This document shows positions 24,601 to 39,600 of a DNA stretch of 64,000 nucleotides, piece after piece. Location: assembly GCF_037042905.1 (NCBI RefSeq), contig NC_087250.1, positions 16,370,001 to 16,434,000 of the forward strand, written 5' to 3'. The notes under the pieces were generated by a model that was not told the origin of the DNA, did not search any database, and worked only from the letters and a program-made list of their open reading frames with translations. Positions within the stretch are counted from its first letter, which is position 1, and each line of letters starts with the position of its first letter. A program made the position numbers and the translations under genes. This DNA comes from Lytechinus pictus. Lineage: Eukaryota.

Positions 24601-27600
24601 GAATAGTTGGAATACACTTACATAATATATAGCACGCCTTAACAGCTAGCGCGATATTTTTGGCAATGCACCCCAACCTTTTGGGGCACCGTAGACCCCG
24701 TCCCCCTTTTTTGTGCACAAATGTTCACCCCTAGATCGATGAAGTGATTACAGAAGATCAATTTGGTTGATTTTCAAGACATAAAATGGTGATTTCGATT
24801 AGCGGCGAATATATTACCAGCACCCGGCCACCATAGTGGAATAGTTGGAATACACTTACATAATATATAGCACGCCATAACAGCTTGCGCGATATTTTCG
24901 GCAATGTACCCCAACCTTTCGGGGCACCGTAGACCCCTATCCCCTTTTTGTGCACCAATGTTCACCCCTAGATCGATGGAGTGATTACAGAAAATCAATT
25001 GGGTTAATTTTCAAGACATAAAATGGTAATTTCGATTAGCGGCGAATATATTACCAGCCCCCGGCCACCAAAGTGGAATAGTTGGAATACACTTACATAA
25101 TATGTAGCACGCCATGACAGCTTGCGCGATATTTTCGGCAACGCACCCCAACCTTTCGGGGCACCGTAGACCCCGTCCCCCTTTTTGTGCACCAACTTTT
25201 ACCCCTAGATCGATGGAGTGATTACAGAAGATCAATTTGGTTGATTTTCAAGACATAAGATGGTGATTTCGATTAGCGGCGAATATATTACAAAACAAAG
25301 TGGAATTGTTGGAATACTTATAGTACGCGCTATGTTTTGGTCGACGCACCCCCCCACCATTCGAGTCATCGGAGACCCCGTCCCCCTTTTCTGTGCACCA
25401 ATGTTCACCCCTAGATCGATGGAATGATTAATAAAGATCAATTTGGCTGATTTTCAAGACATAAAACGGTGATTTCGATTAGCGGCGAATTTATTACCAG
25501 CCCCGGCCACCAAAGTGGAATAGTTGGAATACACGTATATAATATAAAGCACGCCATAACAGCTCGCGCGATAATTTCGGCTATGCACCCCGACCTTTCG
25601 GGGCACCGTAGACCCCGTCCCTCTTTTCTGTGCACCAATGTTTACGCCTAGATCGATGGAGTGATTACTGAAGATTAATTTTGTTGATTTTCAAGACATA
25701 AAAAAATGGTGATTTCGATTAGCGGCGAATTTATTACCAGCCCCCGGCCACCAAAGTAGAATAGTTGGAATACACTTACATAATATATAGCACGCCATAA
25801 CAGCTTGCGCGATATTTTTGGCAATGCACCCCAACCTTTCGGGGCACCGTAGACCCCGTCCCCCTTTTTTGTGCACCAATGTTCACCCCTAGATCGATGA
25901 AGTGATTACAGAAGATCAATTTGGTTGATTTTCAAGACATAAAATGGTGATTTCGATTAGCGGCGAATTTATTACCAGCCCCCGGCCACCAAAGTAGAAT
26001 AGTTGGAATACACGTATATAATATAAAGCACGCCATAACAGCTCGCGCGATATTTTCGGCTATGCACCCCGACCTTTCGGGGCACCGTAGACCCCGTCCC
26101 TTTTTTCTGTGCACCAATGTTTACGCCTAGATCGATGGAGTGATTACAGAAAATCAATTTGGTTAATTTTCAAGACATAAAATGGTAATTTCGATTAGCG
26201 GCGAATATATTACCAGCCCCCGGCCACCAAAGTGGAATAGTTGGAATACACTTACATAATATGTAGCACGCCATAACAGCTTGCGCGATATTTTCGGCAA
26301 CGCACCCCAACCTTTCGGGGCACCGTAGACCCCGTCCCCCTTTTTGTGCACCAACTTTTACCCCTAGATCGATGAAGTGATTACAGAAGATCAATTTGGT
26401 TGATTTTCAAGACATAAGATGGTGATTTCGATTAGCGGCGAATATATTACAAAACAAAGTGGAATTGTTGGAATAATTATAGCACGCGCTATGTTTTGGT
26501 CGACGCACCCCCCACCATTCGAGTCATCGGAGACCCCGTCCCCCTTTTCTGTGCACCAATGTTCACCCCTAGATCGATGGAATGATTAATAAAGATCAAT
26601 TTGGCTGATTTTCAAGACATAAAACGGTGATTTCGATTAGCGGCGAATTTATTACCAGCCCCGGCCACCAAAGTAGAATAGTTGGAATACACGTATATAA
26701 TATATAGCACGCCATAACAGCTCGCGCGATAACTTCGGCTATGCACCCCGACCTTTTGGGGCACCGTAGACCCCGTCCCCCTTTTCTGTGCACCAATGTT
26801 CACGCCTCGATCGATGGAGTGATTAATGAACATCAATTTGGTTGATTTTCAAGACATTAAATGGTGATTTCGATTAGCGGCGAATATATTACAAAACAAA
26901 GTGGAATTGTTGGAATACTTATAGCACGCGCTATGTTTTGGTCGACGCACCCCCCCCCCCACCATTCGGGTCATCGGAGACCCCGTCCTCCTTTTCTGTG
27001 CACCAATGTTCACCCCTAGATCGATGGAATGGTTAATAAATATCAATTTGGCTGATTTTCAAGACATAAAACGGTGATTTCGATTAGCGGCGAATTTATT
27101 ACCAGCCCCCGGTCACCAAAGTGGAATAGTTGGAATACACGTATATAATATATAGCACGCCATAACAGCTCGCGCGATCATTTCGGCTATGCACCCCGAC
27201 CTTTCGGGGCACCGTATCCCCCGTCCCCTTTTTCTGTGCACCAATGTTCACGCCTCGATCGATGGGGTGATTAATGAAGATCGATTTGGTTGATTTTCAA
27301 GACATAAAATGTTGATTTCGATTAGCGGCGAATTTATTACCAGCCCCTGGCCACCAAAGTGGAATAGTTGGAATACACGTATATAATATTTAGCACGCGA
27401 TAACAGCTCGCGCGATATTTTTGGCTATCCACCCCGACCTTTCGGGGCACCGTAGACCCCGTCCCCCTTTTCTGTGCACCAATGTTTACGCCTAGGTCGA
27501 TGGAGTGATTAATGAAGATTAATTTCGTTGATTTTCAAGACATATTAAAATGGTGATTTCGATTAGCGGCGAATTTATTACCAGCCCCCGGCCACCAAAG

Positions 27601-30600
27601 TGGAATAGTTGGAATACACTTACATAATATATAGCACGCCTTAGCAGCTAGCGCGATATTTTTGGCAATGCACCCCAACCTTTTGGGGCACCGTAGACCC
27701 CGTCCCCCTTTTTTGTGCACAAATGTTCACCCCTAGATCGATGAAGTGATTACAGAAGATCAATTTGGTTGATTTTCAAGACATAAAATGGTGATTTCGA
27801 TTAGCGGCGAATATATTACCAGCACCCGGCCACCATAGTTGAATAGTTGGAATACACTTACATAATAAATAGCACGCCATAACAGCTTGCGCGATATTTT
27901 CGGCAATGCACCCCAACCTTTCGGGGCACCGTAGACCCCTATCCCCTTTTTGTGCACCAATGTTCACCCCTAGATCGATGGAGTGATTACAGAAAATCAA
28001 TTGGGTTAATTTTCAAGACATAAAATGGTAATTTCGATTAGCGGCGAATATATTACCAGCCCCCGGCCACCAAAGTGGAATAGTTGGAATACACTTACAT
28101 AATATGTAGCACGCCATGACAGCTTGCGCGATATTTTCGGCAACGCACCCCAACCTTTCGGGGCACCGTAGACCCCGTCCCCCTTTTTGTGCACCAACTT
28201 TTACCCCTAGATCGATGGAGTGATTACAGAAGATCAATTTGGTTGATTTTCAAGACATAAGATGGTGATTTCGATTAGCGGCGAATATATTACAAAACAA
28301 AGTGGAATTGTTGGAATACTTATAGCACGCGCTATGTTTTGGTCGACGCACCCCCCCACCATTCGAGTCATCGAAGACCCCGTCCCCCTTTTCTGTGCAC
28401 CAATGTTCACCCCTAGATCGATGGAATGATTAATAAAGATCAATTTGGCTGATTTTCAAGACATAAAACGGTGATTTCGATTAGCGGCGAATTTATTACC
28501 AGCCCCGGCCACCAAAGTGGAATAGTTGGAATACACGTATATAATATAAAGCACGCCACAACAGCTCGCGCGATAATTTCGGCTATGCACCCCGACCTTT
28601 CGGGGCACCGTAGACCCCGTCCCTCTTTTCTGTGCACCAATGTTTACGCCTAGATCGATGGAGTGATTACTGAAGATTAATTTTATTGATTTTCAAGACA
28701 TAAAAAAATGGTGATTTCGATTAGCGGCGAATTTATTACCAGCCCCCGGCCACCAAAGTAGAATAGTTGGAATACACTTACATAATATATAGCACGCCAT
28801 AACAGCTTGCGCGATATTTTTGGCAATGCACCCCAACCTTTCGGGGCACCGTAGACCTCGTCCCCCTTTTTTGTGCACCAATGTTCACCCCTAGATCGAT
28901 GAAGTGATTACAGAAGATCAATTTGGTTGATTTTCAAGACATAAAATGGTGATTTCGATTAGCGGCGAATATATTACCAGCCCCCGGCCACCAAAGTGGA
29001 ATAGTTGGAATACACTTACATAATATATAGCACGCCATGACAGCTTGCGCGATAATTTCGGCAATGCACCCCAACCTTTCGGGGCATCGTAGACCCCGTC
29101 CCCCCTTTTTGTGCACCAATGTTTACCCCTAGATCGATGTAGTGATTATTGAAGATCAATTTGGTTGATTTTCAAGACATAAAATGGTGATTTCGATTAG
29201 CGGCGAATATATTACAAAACCAAAGTGGAATTGTTGGAATACTTATAGCACGCGCTATGTTTTGGTCGACGCACCCCCCACCATTCGGGTCATCGGAGAC
29301 CCCGTCCCCCTTTTCTGTGCGCCAATGTTCACGCCTCGATCGATGGAGTGATTAATGAACATCAATTTGGTTGATTTTCAAGACATAAAATGGTGATTTC
29401 GATTAGTGGCGAATTTATTACCAGCCCACGGCCACCAAAGTAGAATAGTTGGAATACACGTATATAATATATAGCACGCCATAACAGCTCGCGCGATCAT
29501 TTCGGCTATGCACCCCGACCTTTCGGGGCACCGTAGACCCCGTCCCCCTTTTCTGTGCACCAATGTTCACCCCTCGATCGATGGAGTGATAAATGAACAT
29601 CAATTTGGTTGATTTTCAAGACATAAAATGGTGATTTCGATTAGTGGCGAATTTATTACCAGCCCACGGCCACCAAAGTAGAATAGTTGGAATACACTTA
29701 CATAATATATAGCACGCCATAACAGCTCGCGCGATATTTTTGGCAATGCACCCCAACCTTTCGGGGCACCGTAGAACCCGTCCCCTTTTTTTGTGCGCCA
29801 ATGTTCACCCCTAGATCGATGATGTGATTACAGAAGATCAATTTGGTTGATTTTCAAGACATAAAATGGTGATTTCGATTAGCGGCGAATTTATTACCAG
29901 CCCCCGGCCACCAAAGTGGAATAGTTGGAATACACGTATATAATATAAAGCACGCCATAACAGCTCGCGCGATATTTTCGGCTATGCACCCCGACCTTTC
30001 GGGGCACCGTAGACCCCGTCCCTCTTTTCTGTGCACCAATGTTTACGCCTAGATCGATGGAGTGATTACTGAAGATTAATTTTGTTGATTTTCAAGACAT
30101 AAAAAAATGGTGATTTCGATTAGCGGCGAATTTATTACCAGCCCCCGGCCACCAAAGTAGAATAGTTGGAATACACTTACATAATATATAGCACGCCATA
30201 ACAGCTTGCGCGATATTTTTGGCAATGCACCCCAACCTTTCGGGGCACCGTAGACCCCGTCCCCCTTTTTTGTGCACCAATGTTCACCCCTAGATCGATG
30301 AAGTGATTACAGAAGATCAATTTGGTTGATTTTCAAGACATAAAATGGTGATTTCGATTAGCGGCGAATATATTACCAGCCCCCGGCCACCAAAGTGGAA
30401 TAGTTGGAATACACTTACATAATATATAGCACGCCATGACAGCTTGCGCGATAAGTTCGGCAATGCACCCCAACCTTTCGGGGCACCGTAGACCCCGTCC
30501 CCCTTTTTGTGCACCAATGTTCACCCTTAGATCGATGGAGTGATTACAGAAGATCAATTTGGTTGATTTTCAAGACATAAAATGGTGATTTCGATTAGCG

Positions 30601-33600
30601 GCGAATATATTACCAGCCCCCGGCCACCAAAGTGGAATAGTTGGAATACACTTACATAATATGTAGCAGGCCATAACAGCATGCGCGATGTTTTCGGCAA
30701 CGCACCCCAACCTTTCGGGGCATCGTAGACCCCGTCCCCCCTTTTTGTGCACCAATGTTTACCCCTAGATCGATGTAGTGATTATTGAAGATCAATTTGG
30801 TTGATTTTCAAGACATAAAATGGTGATTTCGATTAGCGGCAAATATATTACAAAACCAAAGTGGAATTGTTGGAATACTTATAGCACGCGCTATGTTTTG
30901 GTCGACGCACCCCCCACCATTCGGGTCATCGGAGACCCCGTCCCCCTTTTCTGTGCGCCAATGTTCACGCCTCGATCGATGGAGTGATTAATGAACATCA
31001 ATTTGGTTGATTTTCAAGACATAAAATGGTGATTTCGATTAGCGGCGAATTTATTACCAGCCCCCGGCCACCAAAGTAGAATAGTTGGAATACACTTACA
31101 TAATATATAGCACGCCATAACAGCTTGCGCGATATTTTTGGCAATGCACCCCGACGTTTCGGGGCACCGTAGACCCCGTCCCTCTTTTTTGTGCACCAAT
31201 GTTCAGCCCTAGATCAATGGAGTGATTACAGAAGATCAATTTGGTTGATTTTCAAGACATAAAAAAATGGTGATTTCGATTAGCGGCGAATTTATTACCA
31301 GCCCCCGGCCACCAAAGTGGAATAGTTGGAATACACTTACATAATATATAGCACGCCATAACAGTTCGCGCGATCATTTCGGCTATGCACCCCGACCTTT
31401 CGGGGCACCGTAGACCCCGTCCCCCTTTTATGTGCACCAATGTTTACGCCTCGATCGATGGAGTGATTAATGAAGATCAATTTGGTTGATTTTCAAGACA
31501 TAAAATGGTGATTTCGATTAGCGGCGAATTTATTACCAGCCCCCGGCCACCAAAGTGGAATAGTTGGAATACACGTATATAATATTTAGCACGCCATAAC
31601 AGCTCGCGCGATATTTTTGGCTATGCGCCCCGACCTTTCGGGGCACCGTAGACCCCGTCCCCCTTTTTGTGCACCAATGTTTACGCCTAGATCGATGGAG
31701 TGATTAATGAAGATTAATTTCGTTGATTTTCAAGACATATTAGAATGGTGATTTCGATTAGCGGCGAATTTATTACCAGCCCCCGGCCACCAAAGTGGAA
31801 TAGTTGGAATACACTTACATAATATATAGCACGCCTTAACAGCTTGCGCGATATTTTTGGCAATGCACCCCAACCTTTCGGGGCACCTTAGACCCCGTCT
31901 CCCTTTTTTGTGCACAAATGTTCACCCCTAGATCGATGAAGTGATTACAGAAGATCAATTTGGTTGATTTTAAAGACATAAAATGGTGATTTCGATTAGC
32001 GGCGAATATATTACCAGCCCCCGGCCACCATAGTGGAATAGTTGGAATACACTTACATAATATATAGCACGCCATAACAGCTTCCGCAATATTTTCGGCA
32101 ATGCACCCCAACCTTTCGGGGCACCGTAGACCCCGTCCCCCTATTTGTGCACCAATGTTCACCCCTAGATCGATGGAGTGATAACAGAAAATCAATTTGG
32201 TTAATTTTCAAGACATAAAATGGTGATTTCGATTAGCGGCGAATATATTACCAGCCCCCGGCCACCAAAGTGGAATAGTTGGAATACACTTACATAATAT
32301 GTAGCACGCCATAACAGCTTGCGCGATATTTTCGGCAACGCACCCCAACCTTTCGGGGCACCGTAGACCCCGTCCCCCTTTTTGTGCACCAATGTTTACC
32401 CCTAGATCGATGGAGTGATTACAGAAGATCAATTTGGTTGATTTTCAAGACATAAGATGGTGATTTCGATTAGCGGCGAATTTATTACCAGCCCCCGGCC
32501 ACCAAAGTGGAATAATTGGAATACACTTACATAATATATAGCACGCCGTAACAGCTTGCGCGATATTTTTGGCAATGCACCCCAACCTTTCGGGGCACCG
32601 TAGACCCCGTCCCCCTTTTTTGCGCACCAATGTTCACCTCTAGATCGATGAAGTGATTACAGAAGATCAATTTGGTTGATTTTCAAGACATAAAATGGTG
32701 ATTTCGATTAGCGGCGAATATATTACCAGCCCCCGGCCACCAAAGTGGAATAGTTGGAATACACTTACATAATATATAGCACGCCATAACAGCATGCGCG
32801 ATATTTTCGGCAATGCACCCCAACCTTTCGGGGCACCGTAGACCCCGTCCCCTTTTTTGTGCACCAATGTTCACCCCTAGATCGATGAAGTGATTACAGA
32901 AGATCAATTTGGTTGATTTTCAAGACATAAAATGGTAATTTCGATTAGCGGCGAATATATTACCAGCCCCCGGCCACCAAAGTGGAATAGTTGGAATACA
33001 CTTACATAATATGTAGCACGCCATAACAGTTTGCGCGATATTTTCGGCAACGCACCCCAACCTTTCGGGGCACCGTAGACCCCGTCCCCCTTTTTGTGCA
33101 CCAATGTTTACCCCTAGATCGATGGAGTGATTACAGAATATCAATTTGGTTGATTTTCAAGATATAAGATGGTGATTTCGATTAGCGGCGAATATATTAC
33201 AAAACAAAGTGGAATTGTCGGAATACTTATAGCACGCGCTATGTTTTGGTCGACGCACCCCCCACAATTCGGGTCATCAGAGACCCCGTCCCCCTTTTCT
33301 GTGCACCAATGTTCACCCCTAGATCGATGGAATGATTAATAAAGATCAATTTGGCTGATTTTCAAGACATAAAACGGTGATTTCGATTAGCGGCGAATTT
33401 ATTACCAGCCCCCAGCCACCAAAGTGGAATAATTGGAATACACGTATATAATATATAGCACGCCATAACAGCTCGCGCGATATTTTCGGCTATGCACCCC
33501 GAACTTTCGGGGCACCGTAGACCCCGTCCCCCTTTTTGTGCACCAATGTTTACGCCTAGATCGATGGAGTGATTAATAAAGATAAATTTGGTTGATTTTC

Positions 33601-36600
33601 AAGACATAAAATGGTGATTTCGATTAGCGGCGAATTTATTACCAGCCCCCGGCCACCAAAGTAGAATAGTTGGAATACACGTATATAATATATAGCACGC
33701 CATAACAGCTCGCGCGATCATTTCGGCTATGCACCCCGACCTTTCGGGGCACCGTAGACCCCGTCCCCCTTTTCTGTGCACCAATGTTCACCCCTCGATC
33801 GATGGAGTGATAAATGAACATCAATTTGGTTGATTTTCAAGACATAAAATGGTGATTTCGATTAGTGGCGAATTTATTACCAGCCCACGGCCACCAAAGT
33901 AGAATAGTTGGAATACACTTACATAATATATAGCACGCCATAACAGCTCGCGCGATATTTTTGGCAATGCACCCCAACCTTTCGGGGCACCGTAGACCCC
34001 GTCCCTCTTTTCTGTGCACCAATGTTTACGCCTAGATCGATGGAGTGATTACTGAAGATTAATTTTGTTGATTTTCAAGACATAAAAAAATGGTGATTTC
34101 GATTAGCGGCGAATTTATTACCAGCCCCCGGCCACCAAAGTAGAATAGTTGGAATACACTTACATAATATATAGCACGCCATAACAGCTTGCGCGATATT
34201 TTTGGCAATGCACCCCAACCTTTCGGGGCACCGTAGACCCCGTCCCCCTTTTTTGTGCACCAATGTTCACCCCTAGATCGATGAAGTGATTACAGAAGAT
34301 CAATTTGGTTGATTTTCAAGACATAAAATGGTGATTTCGATTAGCGGCGAATATATTACCAGCCCCCGGCCACCAAAGTGGAATAGTTGGAATACACTTA
34401 CATAATATATAGCACGCCATGACAGCTTGCGCGATAATTTCGGCAATGCACCCCAACCTTTCGGGGCACCGTAGACCCCGTCCCCCTTTTTGTGCACCAA
34501 TGTTCACCCTTAGATCGATGGAGTGATTACAGAAGATCAATTTGGTTGATTTTCAAGACATAAAATGGTGATTTCGATTAGCGGCGAATATATTACCAGC
34601 CCCCGGCCACCAAAGTGGAATAGTTGGAATACACTTACATAATATGTAGCAGGCCATAACAGCATGCGCGATGTTTTCGGCAACGCACCCCAACCTTTCG
34701 GGGCATCGTAGACCCCGTCCCCCCTTTTTGTGCACCAATGTTTACCCCTAGATCGATGTAGTGATTATTGAAGATCAATTTGGTTGATTTTCAAGACATA
34801 AAATGGTGATTTCGATTAGCGGCAAATATATTACAAAACCAAAGTGGAATTGTTGGAATACTTATAGCACGCGCTATGTTTTGGTCGACGCACCCCCCAC
34901 CATTCGGGTCATCGGAGACCCCGTCCCCCTTTTCTGTGCGCCAATGTTCACGCCTCGATCGATGGAGTGATTAATGAACATCAATTTGGTTGATTTTCAA
35001 GACATAAAATGGTGATTTCGATTAGCGGCGAATTTATTACCAGCCCCCGGCCACCAAAGTAGAATAGTTGGAATACACTTACATAATATATAGCACGCCA
35101 TAACAGCTTGCGCAATATTTTTGGCAATGCACCCCGACGTTTCGGGGCACCGTAGACCCCGTCCCTCTTTTTTGTGCACCAATGTTCAGCCCTAGATCAA
35201 TGGAGTGATTACAGAAGATCAATTTGGTTGATTTTCAAGACATAAAAAAATGGTGATTTCGATTAGCGGCGAATTTATTACCAGCCCCCGGCCACCAAAG
35301 TGGAATAGTTGGAATACACTTACATAATATATAGCACGCCATAACAGTTCGCGCGATCATTTCGGCTATGCACCCCGACCTTTCGGGGCACCGTAGACCC
35401 CGTCCCCCTTTTATGTGCACCAATGTTCACGCCTCGATCGATGGAGTGATTAATGAAGATCAATTTGGTTGATTTTCAAGACATAAAATGGTGATTTCGA
35501 TTAGCGGCGAATTTATTACCAGCCCCCAGCCACCAAAGTGGAATAATTGGAATACACGTATATAATATATAGCACGCCATAACAGCTCGCGCGATATTTT
35601 CGGCTATGCACCCCGAACTTTCGGGGCACCGTAGACCCCGTCCCCCTTTTTGTGCACCAATGTTTACGCCTAGATCGATGGAGTGATTAATAAAGATAAA
35701 TTTGGTTGATTTTCAAGACATAAAATGGTGATTTCGATTAGCGGCGAATTTATTACCAGCCCCCGGCCACCAAAGTAGAATAGTTGGAATACACGTATAT
35801 AATATATAGCACGCCATAACAGCTCGCGCGATCATTTCGGCTATGCACCCCGACCTTTCGGGGCACCGTAGACCCCGTCCCCCTTTTCTGTGCACCAATG
35901 TTCACCCCTCGATCGATGGAGTGATAAATGAACATCAATTTGGTTGATTTTCAAGACATAAAATGGTGATTTCGATTAGTGGCGAATTTATTACCAGCCC
36001 ACGGCCACCAAAGTAGAATAGTTGGAATACACTTACATAATATATAGCACGCCATAACAGCTCGCGCGATATTTTTGGCAATGCACCCCAACCTTTCGGG
36101 GCACCGTAGACCCCGTCCCTCTTTTCTGTGCACCAATGTTTACGCCTAGATCGATGGAGTGATTACTGAAGATTAATTTTGTTGATTTTCAAGACATAAA
36201 AAAATGGTGATTTCGATTAGCGGCGAATTTATTACCAGCCCCCGGCCACCAAAGTAGAATAGTTGGAATACACTTACATAATATATAGCACGCCATAACA
36301 GCTTGCGCGATATTTTTGGCAATGCACCCCAACCTTTCGGGGCACCGTAGACCCCGTCCCCCTTTTTTGTGCACCAATGTTCACCCCTAGATCGATGAAG
36401 TGATTACAGAAGATCAATTTGGTTGATTTTCAAGACATAAAATGGTGATTTCGATTAGCGGCGAATATATTACCAGCCCCCGGCCACCAAAGTGGAATAG
36501 TTGGAATACACTTACATAATATATAGCACGCCATGACAGCTTGCGCGATAATTTCGGCAATGCACCCCAACCTTTCGGGGCACCGTAGACCCCGTCCCCC

Positions 36601-39600
36601 TTTTTGTGCACCAATGTTCACCCTTAGATCGATGGAGTGATTACAGAAGATCAATTTGGTTGATTTTCAAGACATAAAATGGTGATTTCGATTAGCGGCG
36701 AATATATTACCAGCCCCCGGCCACCAAAGTGGAATAGTTGGAATACACTTACATAATATGTAGCAGGCCATAACAGCATGCGCGATGTTTTCGGCAACGC
36801 ACCCCAACCTTTCGGGTCATCGTAGACCCCGTCCCCCCTTTTTGTGCACCAATGTTTACCCCTAGATCGATGTAGTGATTATTGAAGATCAATTTGGTTG
36901 ATTTTCAAGACATAAAATGGTGATTTCGATTAGCGGCAAATATATTACAAAACCAAAGTGGAATTGTTGGAATACTTATAGCACGCGCTATGTTTTGGTC
37001 GACGCACCCCCCACCATTCGGGTCATCGGAGACCCCGTCCCCCTTTTCTGTGCGCCAATGTTCACGCCTCGATCGATGGAGTGATTAATGAACATCAATT
37101 TGGTTGATTTTCAAGACATAAAATGGTGATTTCGATTAGCGGCGAATTTATTACCAGCCCCCGGCCACCAAAGTAGAATAGTTGGAATACACTTACATAA
37201 TATATAGCACGCCATAACAGCTTGCGCAATATTTTTGGCAATGCACCCCGACGTTTCGGGGCACCGTAGACCCCGTCCCTCTTTTTTGTGCACCAATGTT
37301 CAGCCCTAGATCAATGGAGTGATTACAGAAGATCAATTTGGTTGATTTTCAAGACATAAAAAAATGGTGATTTCGATTAGCGGCGAATTTATTACCAGCC
37401 CCCGGCCACCAAAGTGGAATAGTTGGAATACACTTACATAATATATAGCACGCCATAACAGTTCGCGCGATCATTTCGGCTATGCACCCCGACCTTTCGG
37501 GGCACCGTAGACCCCGTCCCCCTTTTATGTGCACCAATGTTCACGCCTCGATCGATGGAGTGATTAATGAAGATCAATTTGGTTGATTTTCAAGACATAA
37601 AATGGTGATTTCGATTAGCGGCGAATTTATTACCAGCCCCCGGCCACCAAAGTGGAATAGTTGGAATACACGTATATAATATTTAGCACGCCATAACAGC
37701 TCGCGCGATATTTTTGGCTATGCGCCCCGACCTTTCGGGGCACCGTAGACCCCGTCCCCCTTTTTGTGCACCAATGTTTACGCCTAGATCGATGGAGTGA
37801 TTAATGAAGATTAATTTCGTTGATTTTCAAGACATATTAGAATGGTGATTTCGATTAGCGGCGAATTTATTACCAGCCCCCGGCCACCAAAGTGGAATAG
37901 TTGGAATACACTTACATAATATATAGCACGCCTTAACAGCTTGCGCGATATTTTTGGCAATGCACCCCAACCTTTCGGGGCACCTTAGACCCCGTCCCCC
38001 TTTTTTGTGCACAAATGTTCACCCCTAGATCGATGAAGTGATTACAGAAGATCAATTTGGTTGATTTTAAAGACATAAAATGGTGATTTCGATTAGCGGC
38101 GAATATATTACCAGCCCCCGGCCACCATAGTGGAATAGTTGGAATACACTTACATAATATATAGCACGCCATAACAGCTTCCGCAATATTTTCGGCAATG
38201 CACCCCAACCTTTCGGGGCACCGTAGACCCCGTCCCCCTTTTTGTGCACCAATGTTCACCCCTAGATCGATGGAGTGATAACAGAAAATCAATTTGGTTA
38301 ATTTTCAAGACATAAAATGGTGATTTCGATTAGCGGCGAATATATTACCAGCCCCCGGCCACCAAAGTGTAATAGTTGGAATACACTTACATAATATGTA
38401 GCACGCCATAACAGCTTGCGCGATATTTTCGGCAACGCACCCCAACCTTTCGGGGCACCGTAGACCCCGTCCCCCTTTTTGTGCACCAATGTTTACCCCT
38501 AGATCGATGGAGTGATTACAGAAGATCAATTTGGTTGATTTTCAAGACATAAGATGGTGATTTCGATTAGCAGCGAATTTATTACCAGCCCCCGGCCACC
38601 AAAGTGGAATAATTGGAATACACTTACATAATATATAGCACGCCGTAACAGCTTGCGCGATATTTTTGGCAATGCACCCCAACCTTTCGGGGCACCGTAG
38701 ACCACGTCCCCCTTTTTTTCGCACCAATGTTCACCTCTAGATCGATGAAGTGATTACAGAAGATCAATTTGGTTGATTTTCAAGACATAAAATGGTGATT
38801 TCGATTAGCGGCGAATATATTACCAGCCCCCGGCCACCAAAGTGGAATAGTTGGAATACACTTACATAATATATAGCACGCCATAACAGCATGCGCGATA
38901 TTTTCGGCAATGCACCCCAACCTTTCGGGGCACCGTAGACCCCGTCCCCTTTTTTGTGCACCAATGTTCACCCCTAGATCGATGAAGTGATTACAGAAGA
39001 TCAATTTGGTTGATTTTCAAGACATAAAATGGTAATTTCGATTAGCGGCGAATATATTACCAGCCCCCGGCCACCAAAGTGGAATAGTTGGAATACACTT
39101 ACATAATATGTAGCACGCCATAACAGTTTGCGCGATATTTTCGGCAACGCACCCCAACCTTTCGGGGCACCGTAGACCCCGTCCCCCTTTTTGTGCACCA
39201 ATGTTTACCCCTAGATCGATGGAGTGATTACAGAATATCAATTTGGTTGATTTTCAAGATATAAGATGGTGATTTCGATTAGCGGCGAATATATTACAAA
39301 ACAAAGTGGAATTGTCGGAATACTTATAGCACGCGCTATGTTTTGGTCGACGCACCCCCCACAATTCGGGTCATCAGAGACCCCGTCCCCCTTTTCTGTG
39401 CACCAATGTTCACCCCTAGATCGATGGAATGATTAATAAAGATCAATTTGGCTGATTTTCAAGACATAAAACGGTGATTTCGATTAGCGGCGAATTTATT
39501 ACCAGCCCCCAGCCACCAAAGTGGAATAATTGGAATACACGTATATAATATATAGCACGCCATAACAGCTCGCGCGATATTTTCGGCTATGCACCCCGAA

